Shown here in pieces: positions 1 through 11,590 of a stretch of DNA of 32,000 nucleotides. Made by a program: the position numbers and the translations under genes. Source of the DNA: Archaeoglobus fulgidus DSM 4304 (GTDB lineage Archaea; Halobacteriota; Archaeoglobi; Archaeoglobales; Archaeoglobaceae); the NCBI RefSeq assembly GCF_000008665.1, contig NC_000917.1, forward strand, positions 90,001 through 122,000. The letters run 5' to 3'. Under the pieces are notes generated by a model. The model was given only the letters and a program-made list of their open reading frames with translations. It was not told where the DNA came from and made no database searches. Numbering within the stretch: the first letter of the stretch is position 1; the number at the start of each line of letters is the position of its first letter.

Positions 1-590
1 TTCTTCCGTTGAGCATCACCGCCACCTCATCCGCAAGCATCGCAGCTTCAATAAGATCGTGAGTTACATGCAATATCGGAACATCAAACTCCCTCTGCAC
101 AAACCTCAGCTCCTCCATCAACACCCCCTTCGTTTTTAGATCAACAGCAGAGAGCGGCTCGTCAAGCAGAAGGAGCCTTGGCTGGATTACAAGGGCTCTT
201 GCCAGCGCCACCCTCTGTCTTTCCCCACCGCTGAGCCTTGCAGGTTTTCTGTCAAGTAAGTGGGCTATGCCGAGCTTTTCCGCCATCTCCCTGACTCTCC
301 TGTCTCTCTCAACCCTCTCAACATTTCTGAGGCCGTAGGCGATGTTCCTGTAAACGCTGAGGTGGGGGAAGAGGGCGTAGTCTTGGGGAACAAAGCCGAT
401 TCCTCTCCTCTCTGGAGGAAGCGGAGTGATGTCAGCACCGTTTAACCTCACCTCTCCCCTGTCAGGCTTTACAATCCCGGCAATAAGTTCGAGAAAAACG
501 CTCTTTCCAGCACCAGTCGGGCCGAGCAGCACGCAGTAGTCTCTGCCCATCTCAAAGTCCACGTTAAGCCTGAAGTTCCCCAGCCTTTTC

Positions 591-613
<23 letters not shown>
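1..613 (-). CDS. wtpC: Tungstate/molybdate ABC transporter ATP-binding protein (partial, runs off the left edge)
   Basis: Reverse translation from ATG at 613 gives [38 protein letters not shown]...[22 protein letters not shown]...[15 protein letters not shown]...[11 protein letters not shown]...HVTHD: Walker A, Q-loop, signature, Walker B, H-loop. It directly follows the permease gene. Confidence 0.93.
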
Positions 614-2416
<1,803 letters not shown>

Positions 2417-2941
2417 ATATTTAACTTTTGTGAAGTGTCGCAAACCCTAACATTTGGTTTAGGGGGAATAATTCAAACGTTTACAAACTCGTTTTGGAAA
2501 GGCTGGAAATAGTCTGAATTCAGTGAGCTAACATGCGTATTATAAAATTTTTGTTTTCGAAAATATATTAAAAATTCGATTAATTCCGAATTGTTCGGAG
2601 CCAACCGAATTGTTCAGAAAGTCCTCATCGAATTTTAGTTTAATAAATTTTGTTTTTGTAATTAAAAATTCGACTTTAAATGTCGAATAAATCAATAATC
2701 GAAATTTGGATAAAATTATTTAGCAATAGATTAACCCTCACACGATACAGGAGCCGATATCCACTTGTTTCTTTCCATATCTGTAACATTCCCTAGAGCC
2801 GAACACCTGAGAGAGTGATAGTGGCCGAAATTCGTGTACCGAAAATGTCTACATAATCAAATTCAAGGTAAATACAGACTGATGAGCAACCTGACTAGCT
2901 GGCATTGGTGTAGCTTCGGAGGATTTCTACGGAGTCATTAT

Positions 2942-3354
2942 CTATTTTGTATTCGCTGAGAGATTTTCGCTCATCTTGGGGAATTCGACCCTGAACTCCA
3001 TCCTGTACAGGGTTTCGTTCTTTCTTTTCAGGCCAAAGTTTTTCGGATGGTAGCTTGTCCCCGGTTAGCTTTATGATGTTCGGTTGTTAATCTTTGTAGT
3101 CTCGAAATTCTTTGGTGGGAGCTCCACAGAGCCCAGCTTTGCCGTTGGGACGAACAGTGTGTTACGTTTTCGAACGGTTCTTCGCTTAGGAGGAATATGT
3201 AACAGTCTGAGGTGTATCTTCCTTTAACAGCAAAAGGGTCGAGAAGCCCAAAACCACGGTATACGATAAACATCGGTAAGAAAAAATTCCAAAAAATATA
3301 AAAATAATAACTGCTAATGATACAGTGCCAAGTTAATGGGTCCCATCTTTCCAC
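2942..3354 (-). pseudogene. Probable decayed hypothetical protein gene (frameshifted)
   Basis: The tracked ORF 3028..3354 loses protein-like character after GRYTSDCYIFLLSEEPFENVT. Protein-like sequence continues in other frames (FVPTAKLGSVELPPKNFETTKINNRTS; SYHPKNFGLKRKNETLYRMEFRVEFPKMSENLSANTK-stop at 2942). Confidence 0.45.
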
Positions 3355-3364
3355 TCCACTCTAT

Positions 3365-3728
3365 CTAAGGCGTCCCCATGTGGGCTCCGTAGTAAGCATC
3401 ACCGTATTTGAAGCAGTATGTGTAGCCGCATTCACCAACTTCAGCCTGCTTTTCTGTTAGATACTCGCTAATTTTGTTTCCGGTGCTGAAGTCGAGCTCG
3501 TAGCTTCTCTCCTCTCCCGGAGCCAGTTTCTGCAAGTCCACGAATATCTCCTTCAGCTTCGGAATCTCCCGAAAGTCCTCTTCGGTGATTTCGAAGTAGT
3601 TCTGGGGGGAGGATAGCTTTTTGACGTAGAAAGACATGTGGAGCCCCCATGTGGCCAGCATTATGTGCAGGAAGACCACTGACAACAAAATTAATTAAAA
3701 GTAAAAAGACGAGGTGTTTTTTCTTCAT
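3365..3728 (-). pseudogene. Small exported hypothetical protein, apparently frameshifted at a 5-G run
   Basis: The signal-peptide-like start MKKKHLVFLLLINFVVSG (ORF from 3728) and the protein-like body FYVKKLSSPQNYFEITEEDF...YTYCFKYGDAYYGAHMGTP (ORF 3365..3688) are in different frames. The switch is best placed at the C/G homopolymer 3644-3648. Confidence 0.5.
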
Positions 3729-3980
3729 GGTATCACTTATCGCTTATTCCGTTGATGTTGATGTTCTATCCTGTGCCTGCATGAATCGCACCATGTATCG
3801 CCCCCTAAAGTGACCCAGCAGCAGTTCATGATGCACGGTCATGCTCCCAGTGGGAAATCTCATGCTGTGCAACGATATCCGGGGTTAGGGGTTTCCGTCC
3901 CCTGCCATTGCTTGTGCTAATTCCTCCAAGCTCTCCCAGCACCAAACCACCAGTACTGCTGCCCCATTTCATTGTATCAC

Positions 3981-4277
3981 CTATCCGGAAAATTTGGGCA
4001 GCAATTTAGCTATAGTAGCGTAAAATATGCTCAACACGATCGTATTCAGAAAACACAGAAGTATTAACGTCCCATAGAAGCGTATCAGTGGATTTGGATT
4101 TTGCATGATTATCTGTGGCACAAGTTGGATTGTGGGACCATTTGTAGGGATAGCTCCAAAATTTACGAGGAAAAGGATGAAACCTTCAGCAAAAGTGATT
4201 GCAAAACCTATAGCAAGCAAAACGGGGAAGTAGCCTTTTCTAATCTTGGACACTCTTATGAACACATAGCTTGCCAC
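3981..4277 (-). CDS. Hypothetical membrane protein (3 predicted TM segments)
   Basis: 98-aa ORF, hydrophobic segments, low-GC accessory region. Confidence 0.55.
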
Positions 4278-4326
4278 TGTTGCAGGTATTAAAAAAATAA
4301 ATAGAATTAAAAAACATCCTCAACCC

Positions 4327-4650
4327 TCATCTCATCCCCCTACCCTTCTCACTTCCCTTAAGATACGAGCCAACCGATATTATTAAAGGTAAACTTCCTA
4401 TGGCATAAAGTATCACCCTGTAATGCAGATTGGAAACATGAATGGCTTCTATAAATACTGCTGCAGCGATGCAGACGGCGATGGCGAGACGTGAGATGCT
4501 GATGTTCAGCGATGCAAAAAGAGATGCAAGCCCCACAAGTATAATTATGTAGGAACGGTGGTCGAATTCCATAATTAGATCTAATATTCCAAGCAGGATT
4601 ATAAAAAATGAGATAAAAACCAAAAATTTTTTGCCCTTCATTTTATCCAC
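4327..4650 (-). CDS. Hypothetical membrane protein
   Basis: 107-aa ORF with several strongly hydrophobic helices and a basic start. Confidence 0.6.
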   Translation of the reverse strand: MDKMKGKKFLVFISFFIILLGILDLIMEFDHRSYIIILVGLASLFASLNISISRLAIAVCIAAAVFIEAIHVSNLHYRVILYAIGSLPLIISVGSYLKGSEKGRGMR

Positions 4651-4931
4651 CTCTCATTTGAACAGCTCTTAGAACTGCATACTGTGATTTGTTCACCGCC
4701 GACGGCCATCACCGGCACAACGCTACTATTCAGCACCAAAACCAGACTCAACACCTTTTTCAGATGCTACCACCATTAAAACAATACATCAATTGCTATA
4801 TGTAGTTTCTGACCATAGTTTGAGAATATTTATGTAGAATATTTTGACAACTAAATTATTATATTATATAATTTAAATAAATCCAAGCAGCATTCTGATG
4901 AGTAAGGATATCCCCGCTACCAAACCCCATT

Positions 4932-5396
4932 TTACAGAATCTCGTCCAAATCCGAAATCGGAGAGTAAAAGCCTTTTGCTATCATTTCTTTAAGGATTTG
5001 ATTTCCTTCATCTTTTGAAATCAGGTTCTTTTCAACGCATCGAGCCAGCACGCCGACAGTACCTGAAACTGGAACACCTAAAATGTTGGCAACCTTTCTG
5101 GCATCGAAGTCGTCTGTAAGGAGAGGTATTTTTCGATTTTTTGCAATAGCCAAGCAAGAAGCTTCTCCCTTCCCCAGATTTGTTCTCAGAGAGTTGTAAA
5201 TATCCAACTCATACTCCTCAAGCCTCAGAATTTCAAAATTGCGGGGCAAAGCTGGTAACACGCCTCGTTTAACACCAAACTCAAACTCTTCCTTAACCTG
5301 CTCGGTCACAAATAGTTTTTCGAAGGCTTTACTGAGAAGGTCGACTCTACCGACTTTTGCAAAGTTCGAAAGAACGGTATTATCGACTAAAACCAT
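4932..5396 (-). CDS. PIN-domain nuclease, VapC-like (DUF3368-type) toxin candidate
   Basis: MVLVDNTVLSNFAKVGRVDLL...GEASCLAIAKNRKIPLLTDDFDARKVANILGVPVSGTVGVL: acidic PIN residues. Overlaps the upstream UPF0175 gene. Confidence 0.85.
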   Translation of the reverse strand: MVLVDNTVLSNFAKVGRVDLLSKAFEKLFVTEQVKEEFEFGVKRGVLPALPRNFEILRLEEYELDIYNSLRTNLGKGEASCLAIAKNRKIPLLTDDFDARKVANILGVPVSGTVGVLARCVEKNLISKDEGNQILKEMIAKGFYSPISDLDEIL

Positions 5397-5668
5397 TTGA
5401 TCGCCTCTACTTCGGCGACCAGGTCATCTTTGTTCAAATTTCTTAGAGGCACTCCCCTCTTTCTAAGAATCTCAGCCATTTCATCTCGCGTAATTTCAAG
5501 CAATTCAGAAGCCTTGGACAGGCTAATCAGCCCCTCAACGTAGGCGGAGATAACAATTTCTTCGAACAACTCCTTATCTCTCCTGAGATTGGCAAGAAGC
5601 TCTTCGAGTCTCTTCGGATTTGATTTAACAACATTTTCTATTCCTTTTACAATCCAGATGGCGTTCAT
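5387..5668 (-). CDS. UPF0175 family protein, antitoxin candidate paired with the PIN gene
   Basis: 93 aa; LISLSKASELLEITRDEMAEILRKRGVPLRNLNKDDLVAEVEAI is typical UPF0175. 10-nt overlap with the PIN ORF. Confidence 0.82.
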   Translation of the reverse strand: MNAIWIVKGIENVVKSNPKRLEELLANLRRDKELFEEIVISAYVEGLISLSKASELLEITRDEMAEILRKRGVPLRNLNKDDLVAEVEAIKWF

Positions 5669-6065
5669 ATTCTCCCACTATACTTCAGTGGTTAAAGAGC
5701 CTCAAATAATTTTCGACTCGCCGACTGTGGAGCAGCATCCAGATTGAAGTAACCAGGAATACCTTTTGATGCTTCCAAAATAAGGGAAGTCCAATCAGAA
5801 ACGTTCACAGTTCGTGGCTATTAAAATCACGTAAAACAGTCCAAAATTGTGGCTATTAATTGAAACAAACCGTAAGGTAAAAGCAGAGCTTCTCCAATCA
5901 ATGGCGCTCTGTGAAAAGCAGTTGCTGCGAGAGAGGACATGTGGAGAAGTTCAGGCAGCTGCTGAGGGATAAGCAGAGGGTACCAGTAATAGAACGGATT
6001 AGAGCAGAATAAACACTAAAAAATTAAGGCAAAGACCATTAAAGTCGATTATAGAGTGTGTTCGA

Positions 6066-6296
6066 TCAAAGTGAAGCTTTCGTGAGTTGGGAAATATTTG
6101 GAAATGCCCTATAGACTAACATCAAAAATACATAGGCCAGAAGAGAGAAGGCAAAGGGTACGTCAGATCTCTTACTCTTCACCTCCATACTCAGAAAAAC
6201 CAAACCTGTGAAATTACTGCAAGAAAGGCTCCAAATTCGTGAAAGGATAGTCTTGGGAATACTATGTAGATCGAAATATTCATAAACACCTATCAT
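6066..6296 (-). CDS. Possible small hypothetical protein with a hydrophobic segment
   Basis: 76-aa ORF whose start overlaps the stop of the upstream gene by ATGA. No recognised family. Confidence 0.35.
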   Translation of the reverse strand: MIGVYEYFDLHSIPKTILSRIWSLSCSNFTGLVFLSMEVKSKRSDVPFAFSLLAYVFLMLVYRAFPNISQLTKASL

Positions 6297-6943
6297 ACCG
6301 CGAAAATTAACCTCACTCTCTCTTCACCCTCCGCAAGCTGCCAGCCTTTTTTGGTGATTTTTACTTCCAGATACTTGTGCCCTGCGTAAGGTTTCCAGCC
6401 GTATCTGGGCTCCCACGGAATTGTGAAGGTGAAGAAAAAGGGAAGAGCTTTAAAACCCGACTCTACGTGTAAAGTGACATAAATCGTAGAGTTCCCCTCA
6501 AATTCTGCATAAACGGGAATCTTAACTCTGTAGACCATAGATAACTCTTTCTTGTTTTCTGTTTTTGAAAGGAGTTCCCTTTCAAGAATCGGAGAGAGCG
6601 TTATATTTTCATTTATAATATCAATTGTTTTCTCGCTGCTTATAAAACTCGTTATGGTTATATGACCCACTTCCTCAGCTTCGATCTTTATCATTTTACC
6701 GTACTGAGTATCGAGAAGGGAAATGTTGCCTTCACGAAGAGGCTTAATTTCGGCGATATCCCCATTTAAACTGCAAGTTGGAATAATCAAAGTCACATTC
6801 TTTGGCAATTTTTTATCGAAGCTGGTCACATAATACGTATAACTTGAAGGAAGATTTATGAATGCAAGTGTCATGTCCGAAAACTCGAAACCTATGAAGA
6901 AAATTAAGAAAAAAATAACCAGAATAACATTTTTCCTCCTCAT
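6293..6943 (-). CDS. Hypothetical exported or membrane-anchored protein
   Basis: N-terminal hydrophobic segment VILVIFFLIFFIGFEF. The remainder is beta-rich looking. Confidence 0.7.
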   Translation of the reverse strand: MRRKNVILVIFFLIFFIGFEFSDMTLAFINLPSSYTYYVTSFDKKLPKNVTLIIPTCSLNGDIAEIKPLREGNISLLDTQYGKMIKIEAEEVGHITITSFISSEKTIDIINENITLSPILERELLSKTENKKELSMVYRVKIPVYAEFEGNSTIYVTLHVESGFKALPFFFTFTIPWEPRYGWKPYAGHKYLEVKITKKGWQLAEGEERVRLIFAV

Positions 6944-6946
6944 CTT

Positions 6947-7513
6947 TCACCACCCCATGAAACTAAAATCTACACTCCAATCCCATAGGCTTTTTTGTCG
7001 TAGTACCTCCTCAGTTAAAGTCAGCTTCACATCCCTCTCTGCTGAGAGTTCCAAAAACAAATGGGGAAAGGCAGGGTGATAGACTGAAGAGAGGCCTTGA
7101 ATTCGCCCGGAATTTTTGACGATGTCGAGCCACTCTGGAAGGAACTCGTAAGGGTTTTTCTTGGTGTAAATCTTTGCTCCATAAAGCATTCCAACTCTGT
7201 TGAGCAGGTTTGCAGGGATGGGTGAAATATCGTGCTCACTCAGGAATTTTCCGCAGCTTCCAATAACATTGAGAAATCTGGCAAACTCAGAAAACTTTTC
7301 AAGAAAAAGCTCACCGACTTTTGTTGTCCTGTAATGCCTACCATTTTTTTCAATAAGTCCAAAGGTGTTCAGGAATTTTAAGTGCGGAATTAAACTCTGC
7401 TTTCTCAGCCCAATTTCGCAGGAAATTTCTGAAAGGTCTTTCCATTCTTTCAGAAGTTTAAGCAGCCTCATTTTCGTCGCTGACAGGTTCCTGAGCTCGT
7501 CCAGTCCTGCCAT
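6947..7513 (-). CDS. Winged-helix transcriptional regulator-like protein
   Basis: MRLLKLLKEWKDLSEISCEIGLRKQSLIPHLKFLNTFGLIEKNGRHYRTTKVGELFLE: HTH pattern. Three nt upstream of the next gene, same strand. Confidence 0.8.
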   Translation of the reverse strand: MAGLDELRNLSATKMRLLKLLKEWKDLSEISCEIGLRKQSLIPHLKFLNTFGLIEKNGRHYRTTKVGELFLEKFSEFARFLNVIGSCGKFLSEHDISPIPANLLNRVGMLYGAKIYTKKNPYEFLPEWLDIVKNSGRIQGLSSVYHPAFPHLFLELSAERDVKLTLTEEVLRQKSLWDWSVDFSFMGW

Positions 7514-7622
7514 TTGATGAATGTTGAATTGGTAAATTTATAAAGCTTGTGCTGCTTCAGCAAGTGCATGTTCTTTGGTCTCATGCTAAAAAGTTATCTA
7601 AATCCCTGCCCCTATTTCGTTC

Positions 7623-8192
7623 ATGGAGAAGAAGATTGTCTACTTCAACAAACCCGGAAGGGAGAACACCGAGGAAACTCTGAGACTTGCGGTCGAGAGG
7701 GCTAAGGAGCTTGGTATTAAACACCTTGTCGTGGCGTCATCCTACGGCGATACAGCCATGAAAGCTCTTGAAATGGCCGAAGGGCTCGAAGTGGTCGTTG
7801 TGACCTACCACACTGGCTTCGTGAGGGAGGGAGAGAACACAATGCCTCCTGAGGTGGAGGAAGAGCTCAGAAAAAGGGGAGCGAAAATCGTAAGGCAGTC
7901 CCACATCCTCTCCGGCTTGGAGAGGAGCATCAGCAGGAAGCTTGGAGGAGTCAGCAGAACCGAGGCTATTGCTGAGGCTCTTCGCTCCCTCTTCGGGCAT
8001 GGGCTGAAGGTCTGCGTTGAGATAACAATAATGGCCGCAGACAGCGGGGCAATACCCATTGAGGAGGTCGTTGCCGTGGGCGGGAGAAGCAGAGGAGCAG
8101 ACACCGCTGTTGTCATTCGCCCGGCTCACATGAACAACTTCTTCGATGCTGAAATAAAGGAGATAATCTGCATGCCGAGGAATAAGCGTTGA
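7623..8192 (+). CDS. Pyruvate kinase C-terminal (alpha/beta) domain-like protein
   Basis: [50 protein letters not shown]...VVVTYHTGF. Matches the stand-alone PK_C-like family. Confidence 0.8.
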
Positions 8193-8202
8193 TGGGATAG
8201 AC

Positions 8203-8619
8203 TCACCATAAAAAGAGCCCTGTTTGCTCGTCAAAAGCCCTTTCGGGAGCCTCTCCACTCAGGGGCAGAACGAAGACCTCGCAGGCGAAAACCTCCGCTG
8301 AAAACAGATGTCCTCCGTAAACCTCCCCATCCTTCCCCAGCAAAACGTGGATGTGGCAGAAGGGCTTGCTATCCTTCATCGAGACATTACCGGACAAACT
8401 TAAGATTTCAAGCGGCTCCATCAACTCCTTTTTTACGTACTCTTTCTTCTCCTGATCATAGTAGCCTATCACAGCACTCCTGACCGCTCCTATCGCTGAA
8501 ATGTGGGCTGCATGTATTCCCTTCTCCTCCAGAAATTCCTCGATCTGCCTTACCAGATCTTTCCCGTAGTCCAGCCTGAGCAGGAAACCTTTGCCTACCT
8601 CAAACTCGAATACCTTCAT
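8203..8619 (-). CDS. DUF296 / PPC-domain protein
   Basis: Start moved to ATG 8619 (MKVFEFEVGKGFLLRLDYGKDLVRQIEEFLEEKGIHAAHISAIGAV...GHVHVLLGKDGEVYGGHLFSAEVF-type motif). Confidence 0.82.
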   Translation of the reverse strand: MKVFEFEVGKGFLLRLDYGKDLVRQIEEFLEEKGIHAAHISAIGAVRSAVIGYYDQEKKEYVKKELMEPLEILSLSGNVSMKDSKPFCHIHVLLGKDGEVYGGHLFSAEVFACEVFVLPLSGEAPERAFDEQTGLFLW

Positions 8620-8963
8620 ACTCCTCCAATCTGCTGCTCCGCAATGTCTCCTACAACAGGAAGCTTGAACCACTCGTTGCTGTAGGCCTTGTAAATGCAC
8701 ACCAGCCACGTTATAAAGGCGACCAACCCCACGATGGGAATCAAAAGCACTCCTATGTAGGGGATAAACGAGAGAGCTATGTCCAGAACCCAGAATCCGG
8801 CAAAGGTAATCGTCGATTGCATGGCGTGGAACTTCACAAACTGGCTCTCCTTTTCCATCAAGAGGAAGAGAATACCCGTAATCGGGCCAAGCAGGTAGCT
8901 CAGCGCTCCGGCAACATTTTCCTTCAAACCAGTAGAACTCGGCATGGAGTATAATTTCTTCAT
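8616..8963 (-). CDS. DUF4870/Tic20-like small membrane protein
   Basis: VAGALSYLLGPITGILFLLMEKESQFVKFHAMQSTI...YKAYSNEWFKLPVVGDIAE. ATGA overlap with the downstream gene. Confidence 0.78.
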   Translation of the reverse strand: MKKLYSMPSSTGLKENVAGALSYLLGPITGILFLLMEKESQFVKFHAMQSTITFAGFWVLDIALSFIPYIGVLLIPIVGLVAFITWLVCIYKAYSNEWFKLPVVGDIAEQQIGGV

Positions 8964-9022
8964 AATTATTTAAGCTTTTGCTTGGTTATATCAAGTGCAA
9001 TAGCATACGGGAGAAAGTTTAA

Positions 9023-10397
<1,375 letters not shown>

Positions 10398-10401
<4 letters not shown>

Positions 10402-11210
10402 CTCTTCAGGAACTCCAAGGCCTCGCTGACGTCAGCGTTATCGTGGACTATCATAGATATTGCCCTCGTCATCTTTGTCGGATTATTGGCTTGGAAAATG
10501 TTCCTTCCTATTGCCACTCCCCTCGCTCCAGCATCCATTGCCATCCTGACCATTCTGAGTATGTCCTCATCGCTGCCCATCTTCGGCCCCCCAGCCACCA
10601 CAACCGGCACTGGACATCCATCGACAACTCTCCTGAAGCTTTCCACGTCTCCGGTGAAGTTCGTCTTGATTATGTCCGCCCCAAGCTCCGCCCCTACCCT
10701 TGCAGCGAGAGCTACCGCCTTCTCATCGAACTGGTTGATTCCATCCCCTCTCGGGTACATCATCGCCAGCAGCGGCATTCCCCACTCCCCGGCTATTTTC
10801 GAAATCTCCCCGAGCTTCCTCAACTGGTATGCCTCTGTCTTGCTGCCCACATTTACGTGAACGCTTACAGCATCAGCACCGAGCTTTATCGCCTCCTCAA
10901 CCGTGCACACCAGAACCTTCTCATTCGGGTCAGGAGCGAGAGAGGTTGATGCACTGAGGTGGATGATTAGGCCAACATCCTTCCCGTATCCCCTATGACC
11001 GAAGCCAACCACACCCTTGTGCAAAACTACAGCATTCGCCCCACCCTCAGCCACAGCATTTACAGTCTCAGCCAAATTTTTCAGCCCCTCGATCGGCCCC
11101 ATAGACACTCCGTGGTCCATTGGGACGATTACGGTATTCCTGCTTTCCCGGTTAATTATTCTCTCAATTCTTATTTTCTTGCCAATCTTTGTCATGCTAC
11201 TTAGTTTCAA
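10398..11210 (-). CDS. Archaeal class I aldolase family: 2-amino-3,7-dideoxy-D-threo-hept-6-ulosonate synthase / fructose-bisphosphate aldolase
   Basis: [64 protein letters not shown]...[15 protein letters not shown]. Confidence 0.9.
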
Positions 11211-11219
11211 AGTGGCAAT

Positions 11220-11558
11220 TTAAACTTTGCGGTTTACTCTTTTGGGCCGGATGGGAATTCTCCTCTCAAAACCGCAGTTGAGGCATGTGATAATAACCCT
11301 GCTCTTCCTCACCCTCACTCTGAATTTCCCAGCCTTGTAGGGGTAGAGGCACTTCTTGCAGTAAGTTGCCTTCAGCTCTCGCGGAATTCTCACCCTGTAC
11401 CTCATCGCAATTTTCCTTGCCAGCTCAACGTATCTCCTTGCAAGCTCGTAGTCGATGTTTTTCCACTCCTCAGCCCTTTTTATGAGGTAAAAAACCCTCT
11501 CTCTGGCAATCCTCGACTCCCTCTTCTTGTCCCTTCTGAGCACGCAGGCAGTAAACAA
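11220..11558 (-). CDS. rnp4: Ribonuclease P protein component 4 (Rpp21/Rpr2 family)
   Basis: [38 protein letters not shown]...[16 protein letters not shown]: CxxC...CxxC zinc ribbon. Confidence 0.93.
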   Translation of the reverse strand: MFTACVLRRDKKRESRIARERVFYLIKRAEEWKNIDYELARRYVELARKIAMRYRVRIPRELKATYCKKCLYPYKAGKFRVRVRKSRVIITCLNCGFERRIPIRPKRVNRKV

Positions 11559-11590
11559 AAAGATAAATAGCCTTTTGTATCTCAGCCGTT

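Noticed and set aside
3373-3660. Recurrent CATGTGG(G)AGC/GCTCC words in the frameshifted exported-protein gene
   Set aside because: Explained by coding of similar HMG-type residues at both ends. Too short to support a repeat element.
7737-8258. 173-aa minus ORF and 8503..8685 plus ORF around the PK_C-like/DUF296 genes
   Set aside because: Antisense to recognised families with no motif of their own.
10443-10949. 168-aa plus ORF opposite the aldolase/ADH synthase gene
   Set aside because: His/Ser/Arg-rich shadow translation of a conserved enzyme gene.
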